DNA of 26,281 bases from a virus (lineage: Duplodnaviria > Caudoviricetes). The notes below the pieces were generated by a model, which saw only the letters and a list, made by a program, of their open reading frames with translations, ran no database searches and was not told the DNA's origin. Every line of letters starts with the position of its first letter. Positions within the stretch are counted from its first letter, which is position 1. The stretch lies in the IMG/VR virus record IMGVR_UViG_3300046786_000823, positions 1 through 26,281 of that record, one strand, 5' to 3'. Below, in pieces: positions 1-7,490 of this stretch. The position numbers were made by a program, and so were the translations under genes.

Positions 1-81
1 ACAAAGCGGGGGGGGGATATTAAAATGGCAATGCACAATGATCCGATGGCAAGAAAAACAAAATACGATGGCAAAGGATAA
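1..81 (+). CDS. Possible 3' end of an upstream gene (frame 1: TKRGGDIKMAMHNDPMARKTKYDGKG*), perhaps the N-terminal part of a split methyltransferase
   Basis: Frame 1 is open from base 1 to TAA at 79-81 and overlaps the ATG at 68 of the MTase frame. It contains a G9 run at 8-16. Confidence 0.35.
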   Translation, partial: TKRGGDIKMAMHNDPMARKTKYDGKG

Positions 82-952
82 GGCGAGAACGTTTGGGCAA
101 GACCTTATGCGCGGGGAGCATAAGGTTGGGGGTAGCAGGCAAACAGAGCCGGGCCTAACGTATGTTGGCGGCGATAGAAAATATGAAGACCTTGACGAGG
201 TAAGCCGAAAGATTCTTTCGGCTTCCGAATCTGGAACCTCTATTTTTGACCCCGTGCTTTGCGAGTTGTCATACCGTTGGTTTTGCCCCGATGGCGGCAC
301 AATAGTTGATCCATTTGCAGGCGGATCGGTTCGCGGCATCGTTGCGGCGGTTCTTGGCTACAATTACGTCGGCGTTGAACTTCGCCCCGAACAGGTGCAA
401 GCGAACAGGGACAACGCGGCGGAGGTTTTTGGCGAACAGGGCAAACACCCGGTTTGGCATTGTGGCGATTCGATAGGCATTGATGAAATATGCGCGGGCG
501 TTGAGGCGGATTTTGTTTTCAGTTGCCCGCCTTACGCAGATTTGGAGGTGTATAGCGATATGCCCGGCGATATTTCAAACATGAAATACCCCGAATTTTT
601 GGACGCCTACCGAACTATCATAAAAAAGTCGGTAGGGCTGCTAAAGCCCGACCGTTTTGCCTGTTTCGTGGTTGGCGACGTTCGCGATAAAAAAGGGTTT
701 TACTACGGGTTTGTGCCGGACACGATAAAGGCGTTTGAGGATGCGGGGGCTAAATTGTACAACGAAATTGTTTTGGTGAACGTTGCCGGTAGCCTACCAA
801 TCCGCGCCGGGCGGCAGTTTTCGTCAGGGCGCAAAGTTGGCAAAATGCACCAAAACGTTTTGGTTTTCTACAAGGGCGACCCAAAGGCGATAAAGGACAA
901 CTACGGCGATATTGATTTAAGCGGATTGGAAACCGAGGTAGAGGAATTATGA
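68..952 (+). CDS. Amino (N6A/N4C-type) DNA methyltransferase domain; start uncertain because the frame is open from the window edge
   Basis: SAM-binding motif I (VDPFAGGS), GVEL, and catalytic motif IV (FSCPPY); TSIFDPVLCEL.YRWF segment typical of phage MTases. The stop overlaps the next ATG (ATGA). Confidence 0.88.
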   Translation: MAKDKARTFGQDLMRGEHKVGGSRQTEPGLTYVGGDRKYEDLDEVSRKILSASESGTSIFDPVLCELSYRWFCPDGGTIVDPFAGGSVRGIVAAVLGYNYVGVELRPEQVQANRDNAAEVFGEQGKHPVWHCGDSIGIDEICAGVEADFVFSCPPYADLEVYSDMPGDISNMKYPEFLDAYRTIIKKSVGLLKPDRFACFVVGDVRDKKGFYYGFVPDTIKAFEDAGAKLYNEIVLVNVAGSLPIRAGRQFSSGRKVGKMHQNVLVFYKGDPKAIKDNYGDIDLSGLETEVEEL

Positions 953-1656
953 AAATAACAATCGAGCGGCACTATGGCGTTAATGTATTGCGCGACGATC
1001 TTTTGCCGGGCGGCACCAAGGCTTGTTTCATCGGCGAACTATTAAAGCCGGGCTTTGATTACTATGTTTATGCTTCGCCTGTTTACGGCGCGTTTCAAAT
1101 AGCCCTTGCGGAGTATTGCAGGGAGCAAAAAAGGCGGGCCGTGATTTTTTGCGCGAAACGCAACACGCCACACGAAAACACGCTAATGGCAAAGGCTGCC
1201 GGGGCAAGGGTTTTGCAGGTGCCTTACGGTTATTTATCAAACGTGCAGGCAAAGGCAAGGGCGTTTTGTAGTGAGAACAATGGGCAGTACCTGGAATTTG
1301 GCGCTCGCGGCGAGTTGGCCGTTCAGCGAATAGCAAAAAGGGCGGCACAGGTATTTGCCGCGCTGGGCCACATCCCGGACGAGGTTTTTTGCGCAGTAGG
1401 AAGCGGGACGTTGTTGGCTGGCATAGAACGCGCAACACATGGCACGACGTGCAAAATAACGGGCATTTGTGTAGGCGCAGAATACAAACACGAAATCCAA
1501 GAAAACACAAGGTTGGTTAAATACCCGGCCAAGTTTGATGTTCCATCTAAAATATCGGCACCGTTTAAAACGAGCAGAAACTACGATTTAAAGGCGTGGG
1601 AATACTGTTTGAAGATGCGCGGCGCGGGGAGCGTTTTGTTTTGGAATGTGTTTTGA
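949..1656 (+). CDS. PLP-dependent enzyme, fold type II (ACC deaminase/D-cysteine desulfhydrase-like); candidate DNA-modification enzyme
   Basis: VLRDDLLPGGTK resembles the KRDDL..GGNK Schiff-base lysine motif; CAVGSGT is the phosphate-binding loop; NYDLKAW resembles the C-terminal PVYTGKA motif. Confidence 0.8.
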   Translation: MKITIERHYGVNVLRDDLLPGGTKACFIGELLKPGFDYYVYASPVYGAFQIALAEYCREQKRRAVIFCAKRNTPHENTLMAKAAGARVLQVPYGYLSNVQAKARAFCSENNGQYLEFGARGELAVQRIAKRAAQVFAALGHIPDEVFCAVGSGTLLAGIERATHGTTCKITGICVGAEYKHEIQENTRLVKYPAKFDVPSKISAPFKTSRNYDLKAWEYCLKMRGAGSVLFWNVF

Positions 1657-1675
1657 AAAAAATCACAAAAACATT

Positions 1676-1704
1676 TTTGTGTTCAGTAAATTTACTTACC
1701 TTTA
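1676..1704 (+). promoter_or_regulatory. Bacteroidota-type sigma70 promoter candidate upstream of radC
   Basis: TTTG (1676-1679), 17-nt spacer, TACCTTTA (1697-1704), one mismatch to the -7 TAnnTTTG consensus, in an AT-rich intergenic gap. Confidence 0.5.
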
Positions 1705-1748
1705 CACCGTAAACAAACCACGGCGGCAACGTTACTCGGCACAACGGC

Positions 1749-2204
1749 ATGAAAAACGCACAAAGTATTCACCTGCAAAAATTGTCCATCCAGAAATTCG
1801 AGTCAAACGTGCTTTCACGCGATTTTAAAATAACCGACTCTGCATCGGCAAACCGAATTGCTCGCAGGTTTTGGGACGACTCAATCGAAATTTTCGAGTC
1901 GTTTAATATCATTTGCCTGAACAAGGCAAACTGCCCCATTGCATGGGTAGAACTTTCTCGCGGCGGGTTGGACGGAACGGTGGCAGATGTTAGGATGATG
2001 TTTTCCCACGCGCTACTTTGCAACGCAGCCGGGATAATTGTTTTTCACAATCACCCTTCCGGGAACCTTCAACCAAGCCAAGCAGATTTGGCCCTGACAA
2101 AAAGAATAAAACAGGCTGGCGAAATTTTGAGCATCCCGATCCTTGACCATTTGATTATTGCCGAAAATGGATACTATTCATTCGCAGACGAGGGTACAAT
2201 ATGA
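1749..2204 (+). CDS. radC: RadC-family JAB/MPN domain protein (JAB domain only)
   Basis: E-x-F, GGLDGT.AD.R, HNHPSG..QPS.AD metal motif and LDHLII...YYSF C-terminus; lacks the N-terminal HhH region. Confidence 0.92.
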   Translation: MKNAQSIHLQKLSIQKFESNVLSRDFKITDSASANRIARRFWDDSIEIFESFNIICLNKANCPIAWVELSRGGLDGTVADVRMMFSHALLCNAAGIIVFHNHPSGNLQPSQADLALTKRIKQAGEILSIPILDHLIIAENGYYSFADEGTI

Positions 2205-2437
2205 AACACAAAGAATTGTCCAAAGCATCCCTTGCCAAACTTGCGCGTTTGGCAAGGGAAAACGACATAAAAGACGTGCAACTGGCCGAGGTTTTAAATA
2301 TCCGGCCTCAAACCGTTGGGCAAACAATGCTTGGCAAGTTTCACCCCACGTTTGACCGCGTGTTTTTATTCCTTGATGCGATAAACCAGATAGCCGGTAA
2401 AAATTACACGCTTTCGGATATTGACCCCGAAAAATAA
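2201..2437 (+). CDS. XRE/Cro-like helix-turn-helix protein
   Basis: IKDVQLAEVLNIRPQTVGQTMLGKFHPT fits an HTH pattern; ATGA-coupled to radC. Confidence 0.75.
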   Translation: MKHKELSKASLAKLARLARENDIKDVQLAEVLNIRPQTVGQTMLGKFHPTFDRVFLFLDAINQIAGKNYTLSDIDPEK

Positions 2438-2456
2438 CTACGAAAAAACTACGAAA
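2436..2456 (+). repeat. 10-bp direct repeat AACTACGAAA x2 just upstream of the small terminase
   Basis: Copies at 2436-2445 and 2447-2456 (11-bp period). Confidence 0.6.
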
Positions 2457-2464
2457 TTTTATCA

Positions 2465-2908
2465 ATGCCTGGGGGCAAGTCAAACATAAGAGGCACGGAC
2501 GGAAACACGTTTTCCAGCACCAACCAGCCCGCAAACCGGGGCCGGAAGCCAAAGGTATTTACCCAACTTTCAAAGGACTGGCAAGAGCGCGGCATCGAGC
2601 GGGCAACGCCAGCCGTCGTGCAAGAGGCTTTTGAGTACATACTTGGCTTGCCACTCCTTGACGTGAAAGATTTGGCTGGTAAAGCGGATGATGAGGACAA
2701 TAATGTGCCTATGGCCGTCCGTCTTGCCGCCAAAGAACTGCTTGGCAAACGGGCAATCGAAATTTTCAAAGAAATGCTCGACCGGGCACACGGCAAGTCA
2801 ATGCAAAGGCAGGAACTTTCAGGCCAGGACGGCGCTCCGCTGTTCGGAATATCAAAGGCTAAGCAAGAAGACATTGACAAACTGCTTGATCTGATGGATG
2901 GGAAATGA
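2465..2908 (+). CDS. terS: Probable terminase small subunit
   Basis: Directly upstream of and overlapping TerL; N-terminal F...NQP..RGR.P motif, LDRAHGK, and ELSG.DG.PL C-terminal motif typical of TerS-like proteins. Confidence 0.75.
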   Translation: MPGGKSNIRGTDGNTFSSTNQPANRGRKPKVFTQLSKDWQERGIERATPAVVQEAFEYILGLPLLDVKDLAGKADDEDNNVPMAVRLAAKELLGKRAIEIFKEMLDRAHGKSMQRQELSGQDGAPLFGISKAKQEDIDKLLDLMDGK

Positions 2909-4334
2909 CCGCACGCTATTGTTGCCTATTGCCGCGTCACGCCGCGAAAGACTGACCGATGAACGGCGTGCCGAACTACGCGCAAACGGGCGCATCCCAT
3001 TTCTGATAAACGATTGCTACCTGCCCCACCTGTTCAGGCCGGAGCGCATACAAATACGCTACGGCGGTTCAGCGTCCGGCAAGTCCGACGTAACGGCCAC
3101 GGAACTGCTTATGAAGGCCATAGGGCAGCCCTATTTCAGGGGGTTGTTCGTGCGCAAATACCAGATAACGGTAAGGGACAGCCAATTTGCCCTTTTCCAG
3201 GATTTGATAAAGCGCTACGGCTTGCAAGACCTGTTCCGGGTCAACAAGTCCGACATGGACATTACCTGCATACCGACGGGAAATGTCTTAATGTCTGGCG
3301 GGCTTGACGACGTGGACAAGTTGAAGTCAATACCTGACGTTACCGACATTTGGATCGAAGAGCCTATTGACCGAAAGGGCAGCGTCACAGAGGCCGACTT
3401 TACGGAACTGAACAGGCGTTTGCGCTGCGAAAAGGCATCGAACCACATTTACCTCACCTTTAACCCGATAGCCAAAGAAAACTGGATACACCGACTGCTT
3501 TTTGAGCAGAACAATTACGACGTGTTTGCGCTCAAGACAACATACCGGGACAACGCATTTTTGCCGCCGGATACCGCAGCACAGTACGAGACGCTACGGC
3601 GCACAAACCCGGACGAATACCGGATTTATGGCGATGGGGAATGGGGAAGCCTTGACGACATGGCAATGCGCCTTTTCCGGGACGAATCAATCGAAGACCT
3701 GTTCACCAATGGCGGCTTTTTGCCGGACGGCGAACGGTACATCACCGCCGACGTGGCGTTCACCGGGGCGGATATGTTCGTGGTAATGGTGTGGAGTGGC
3801 TGGAAGGTATTGGACGTTCGCGTGTTCCCACGCACCGAAGGGGATGAGATTGTGTCGAAAATTCAGGCAATAGCCAACGAGTTCGGAGTGCCTGGGCAAC
3901 GCGTGACGTTCGATGCGGGCGGCGTTGGCATCGGCTTGCGCGGCTTTCTTCGCAGCGCTATACCGTTCGTCGGGGCCGCCGCGCCGGTGGATGACGCGCC
4001 GGAAAAGACAGATTTGCAAAGGAAGATATTGCCCCGCCCGGCGTTCAAGAACCTTCGCGCACAGGCGTACCACTATGCCGCGCAAAAGGTAAACGACTGC
4101 GAAGCGGCATTTCTGCCAAAAAGCGTACATTTGCAAAGCGTATTGGCGCAAGAATTGCGGGCCATACGCCGCCTTGATACGCCGGACGGGGGGAAATACC
4201 AGATTGTCGGCAAGGATGAGATAAAAAACCGCATAGGGCGTTCGCCTGACTATGCGGACTGCTTTTCGATGCGGGCCGTTTTTGACCTTCAACAACACAA
4301 ACAACGCCGGGCGCGGTTGACGCGGGCCGGGTAA
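2898..4334 (+). CDS. terL: Terminase large subunit (PBSX/SPP1-like ATPase + RNase H nuclease)
   Basis: Walker A YGGSASGKS, Walker B IWIEE, motif III TFNP, and nuclease acidic motifs ITADVA, FDAGGVG and RSPDYAD. Confidence 0.95.
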   Translation: MGNDRTLLLPIAASRRERLTDERRAELRANGRIPFLINDCYLPHLFRPERIQIRYGGSASGKSDVTATELLMKAIGQPYFRGLFVRKYQITVRDSQFALFQDLIKRYGLQDLFRVNKSDMDITCIPTGNVLMSGGLDDVDKLKSIPDVTDIWIEEPIDRKGSVTEADFTELNRRLRCEKASNHIYLTFNPIAKENWIHRLLFEQNNYDVFALKTTYRDNAFLPPDTAAQYETLRRTNPDEYRIYGDGEWGSLDDMAMRLFRDESIEDLFTNGGFLPDGERYITADVAFTGADMFVVMVWSGWKVLDVRVFPRTEGDEIVSKIQAIANEFGVPGQRVTFDAGGVGIGLRGFLRSAIPFVGAAAPVDDAPEKTDLQRKILPRPAFKNLRAQAYHYAAQKVNDCEAAFLPKSVHLQSVLAQELRAIRRLDTPDGGKYQIVGKDEIKNRIGRSPDYADCFSMRAVFDLQQHKQRRARLTRAG

Positions 4335-4347
4335 ACAAACAAAAAGC

Positions 4348-4959
4348 ATGGCAGACGTTACAAAAGAAGAAGCCTTACAGGCAATCACAACCGTTTACCG
4401 ATACGCCCTTTCGCTGGGCAATTCTCACCCGATGGCCCGTGACATTTCCGTGTGGATGGTGCGACAATGGAACCTTTCCGGCACAATGGCCGTGCAGGCT
4501 GTGCAGCGCGAAAAGAACGCAAACGCAAAGTCCGCAAAAGCCGCTCCGGTAAACACGACCGATCAACCGGGCCGGGTCAAGTTCGTACACCCGAAAAGCC
4601 CGCAGGCGCAAGCCGTAGAACCGGAACCGACACCGGCTTTTCAGTCACCTCTCCAGCCGGAGACGGCCCAATCTGGGGAGGGCCAAGATTCGCAGCAGCG
4701 CCGGGGCCGGAAACAGAAACACAAGACGGAACAACCGGAAACGGCACAACCTCAAGAAGGAGAAGAAAGTCCTGTTGTGGCGGCTGACCCGCTGAACAGC
4801 GCCGAACTTTCGGAGGTAAAAGGCATGGGCATTCGGGAAATCCTGCACACGTTTGGCGAGGCCCGTTTGACGGCAACGCTCGAAATCCTTGAGATTGAAC
4901 ACGCCGAACTTTCAGGATCCCAAAAGGCAGCCGCCGTAAAGGCAAACGCTGGAAAATGA
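4348..4959 (+). CDS. Hypothetical phage protein: helical N-terminus, P/Q/E-rich disordered linker, small helical C-terminal domain
   Basis: 203-aa ORF with an A-rich start, ATGA-coupled to the next gene; QPETAQ occurs twice in the linker. Confidence 0.7.
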   Translation: MADVTKEEALQAITTVYRYALSLGNSHPMARDISVWMVRQWNLSGTMAVQAVQREKNANAKSAKAAPVNTTDQPGRVKFVHPKSPQAQAVEPEPTPAFQSPLQPETAQSGEGQDSQQRRGRKQKHKTEQPETAQPQEGEESPVVAADPLNSAELSEVKGMGIREILHTFGEARLTATLEILEIEHAELSGSQKAAAVKANAGK

Positions 4960-5846
4960 AAACAGCCCGCCTACTTGCCGCCGGGCGCGAGGTAGCCGCC
5001 ATTCCGTTGTACTCATCCCTGTACGACGTGCCGCTTTCGCGGTGCATTGACTTTTTGAAAGCCCGCGAACCGTTCGACAACAAAACCGCAATGGAGCGGG
5101 GCGAAGTGAACGAGGCCCGCGTGATGGTCAAGGCCGTAGGCGCGTTCTTCGGACTTGAACTTGATCAGATGATCGGCGTGGACGCGATAGACGCGGGTGA
5201 CGTGGCCGACGGCATAGAATCCATGTACGCATGGATCATTGACTTGCTTGGCACGTTCACCGGCAGGATGCGCACGTCGCAGGACTGCTCGTTCAAGTAC
5301 AAAGGCGACACCTACACAATTCCGGTTTTGTCCATTCGGGCAATGACCGGGCTGCCCGGCGTTCCGGCAAATCTCGCCGCCGGGGAAATGATCGAGGCAT
5401 ACGAAATCAAACGCCTTGCGCAAACCCGCATTGGTGAAGGCGACCCGGACGGGACGTACCTGTACACCTACTACCTGCAACTGCTTGCCGTGCTGGCACG
5501 CAAAGAGGGCGAAAAGTTGCCGTATTCCGATTCGGAGTGTGCCGACTTCATCGAACGCCGCACGGTGCATTTTCAGGAAATAGACGCGGGTACGGCTTTA
5601 GACGTGGATTTTTTTTTAGCCATGCAGATGCAGCCGTCCGACAAGACCCGGACTGCCGTTGGATATTTGAGCAACCTGGTTTTCGCCCTCGTTCACGCGA
5701 CACGAAAACGCGGGCGGCTGAACACGAGGCGTTCAACGAAGCCGTCCGGCGCAGCGAAGAAGCCTTTGCGCGTACTGGGTGGCGCTCGCTATACCTCAAA
5801 ATTCTCGAAAGAGGATGGTTCACGGAAAGCGGCAAAAGCCCGATAG
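4956..5846 (+). CDS. Probable tail assembly chaperone (0-frame product, G-like)
   Basis: Contains the slippery run GAT TTT TTT TTA (5607-5618; VDFFL). After the run the 0-frame tail is K/R-rich and low in complexity. Confidence 0.6.
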   Translation: MKTARLLAAGREVAAIPLYSSLYDVPLSRCIDFLKAREPFDNKTAMERGEVNEARVMVKAVGAFFGLELDQMIGVDAIDAGDVADGIESMYAWIIDLLGTFTGRMRTSQDCSFKYKGDTYTIPVLSIRAMTGLPGVPANLAAGEMIEAYEIKRLAQTRIGEGDPDGTYLYTYYLQLLAVLARKEGEKLPYSDSECADFIERRTVHFQEIDAGTALDVDFFLAMQMQPSDKTRTAVGYLSNLVFALVHATRKRGRLNTRRSTKPSGAAKKPLRVLGGARYTSKFSKEDGSRKAAKAR

Positions 5847-5914
5847 AATCAATGAAACGCGCCCCGTTTGTTGACGTAGCGCGGCTTATTTCACTCGAAA
5901 ACGCATCGTTATGA
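5618..5914 (+). CDS. -1 frameshift extension of the 4956 gene (GT-like product of about 319 aa in total)
   Basis: The -1 frame is open across the T9 run, encodes protein-like helical sequence (GWRSLYLKILERGWF...PIESMKRAPF) and its TGA overlaps the next ATG (ATGA 5911-5914). Confidence 0.7.
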   Translation, partial: SHADAAVRQDPDCRWIFEQPGFRPRSRDTKTRAAEHEAFNEAVRRSEEAFARTGWRSLYLKILERGWFTESGKSPIESMKRAPFVDVARLISLENASL

Positions 5915-6660
5915 CAGTCACCTTGCCCGATATTTACTCCGCGTTCCGCGATGCCGTCCGGTACTACCCGGCACAGGACACGACGTGCAAGCGCCTGCAA
6001 ACATGGCGCGTGTTCCAGCAATCTTTAGGGGTTGAGGTGTCAACGCCTAATTTAGGCGCAACCATTTGCGACAAGGATAAACCATACTTTTGGTCGCGTG
6101 ACTGGCACGAAAAAAAGTACAACCCGAACGGCATAACGTGGAAATTTCCGCTGCTTTTCGTCTTTGAAACCGAAGGCGCAATGATCGGCCCGTTCGGGTT
6201 CGGTGGCGAGACAAAAATGGTGTACACGTTGCAAGTAGGCGTGTTGGATGTTCTCATTGATACACCGGACGGGAGGAAGTGTGTAGGCTGCCAATCCCGC
6301 ACGGTGAACGAAATATATGCCGACACGGAAAGCCTTTTGCTGTCTGCCCTTCATTTTGTGTCCAACGTCAACCAGACTGGAATAGACGGCGTGGACGTGT
6401 GGGCAAACTCCGACCTTGTTTCACAGGGCGAAGCGTCCGGGGCGCTTAACGTGACCGGAAAAACATCCATTTCAATTCTTGACGCATCACAGAAATACAA
6501 CCAGGAAGCGCCGTTTTTTCGCATCGAAAGGATCGGAAACATCTACGGCACGGCAATGAATATACGCGTGGCGGCAAGCGTATGCCCCACGGTGGACTGG
6601 AATTTCACAGAAACAGACTTCGGTATCCTTGCGCAGGAGGCCGGGTGCAAAACGTGTTAG
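5911..6660 (+). CDS. Virion structural protein, possibly tail terminator/completion
   Basis: Position in the tail module; FPLLFV and beta-strand patterns as in tail-terminator-like proteins; CxxC motifs (CVGC, terminal CKTC). Confidence 0.55.
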   Translation: MTVTLPDIYSAFRDAVRYYPAQDTTCKRLQTWRVFQQSLGVEVSTPNLGATICDKDKPYFWSRDWHEKKYNPNGITWKFPLLFVFETEGAMIGPFGFGGETKMVYTLQVGVLDVLIDTPDGRKCVGCQSRTVNEIYADTESLLLSALHFVSNVNQTGIDGVDVWANSDLVSQGEASGALNVTGKTSISILDASQKYNQEAPFFRIERIGNIYGTAMNIRVAASVCPTVDWNFTETDFGILAQEAGCKTC

Positions 6661-6673
6661 AACATGACAGGCG

Positions 6674-7210
6674 ATGCGTAACCTAACCGACATAATCACC
6701 GTCGCAATGGAGGACATACGGAAACTGCTCATTGCAGAACTTTCCGCACAGGGGCACCGTAACACGGGCGCTCTGGAAAAGTCGTTGTCCTACGAGGTGA
6801 AGCGCGAAGGCGACGGCATTGTGGCGGTTATGACAGCCTTTGAGTACGGTCTTTACGTCGAGTTCGGCGTGCCCGCTTCGCGCATACCGTACACGCCGGG
6901 CGGTCGCAAGCGAGGGGGGAAAAGCAAATACATTCAGGGGCTTGTTACATTTTTCTCACACAAAGGGCTTTCGCCCCGCGAGGCGCTCGGGGCGGCGTTC
7001 GCAACGGCACGCAAGCACAAACGCGAAGGGATGCCGACGCGGGGCAGTTATGCGTTTTCGTCCAATGGACGGCGCACAGGCTTCACCCAAAACACACTTG
7101 AGCAGTATTTGCCCATCCTTGCGTCCAAGATCGGCGAAGGCGCTGGATCAATAGTTGAGTTAATAATCGGCAGGGACTTGCGTCTCGAGCCGTACAAAAT
7201 AGCAGCATGA
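6674..7210 (+). CDS. HK97 gp10-like neck/tail-completion protein
   Basis: NTGAL.KSL and YGLYVEFG motifs, basic composition, typical size. Confidence 0.72.
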   Translation: MRNLTDIITVAMEDIRKLLIAELSAQGHRNTGALEKSLSYEVKREGDGIVAVMTAFEYGLYVEFGVPASRIPYTPGGRKRGGKSKYIQGLVTFFSHKGLSPREALGAAFATARKHKREGMPTRGSYAFSSNGRRTGFTQNTLEQYLPILASKIGEGAGSIVELIIGRDLRLEPYKIAA

Positions 7211-7461
7211 TTATGAAAATAAATGTTTGTATTATCGCAGATACAATAACGGACTGGATGGAGGGCGATCAAGATATTCTTAAGTCAGTTTGTGAAATGT
7301 ATGTATCTAAATTTAACAGGTTGCCAGATGTTGGGATGTATGTTGATTCTGAATCATGCTCATATAAGATATTTCAAATAGTAATATATGATACGCTTGA
7401 GTATACGGAAACTAATTTGGGTGTACTAATTAAGGTTTTCCCAGATAACGAGGGGCTATAA
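7207..7461 (+). CDS. AT-rich hypothetical protein (moron-like insertion)
   Basis: 84-aa ORF, about 33% GC by manual count, clearly below the flanks; ATGA-coupled. Confidence 0.65.
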   Translation: MIMKINVCIIADTITDWMEGDQDILKSVCEMYVSKFNRLPDVGMYVDSESCSYKIFQIVIYDTLEYTETNLGVLIKVFPDNEGL

Positions 7462-7490
7462 AGACATAACCGACCGGAGCACGTCGGACA

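Noticed and set aside
949-1656. PLP enzyme as an auxiliary metabolic ACC deaminase or cysteine desulfhydrase
   Set aside because: Much shorter than those enzymes and coupled to a DNA MTase near the terminase; a DNA-modification role is preferred, though not proven.
5537-5617. Independent start for the 125-aa ORF 5537-5914
   Set aside because: GTG start deep inside another gene with non-protein-like sequence before the T9 run; better explained as a frameshift extension.
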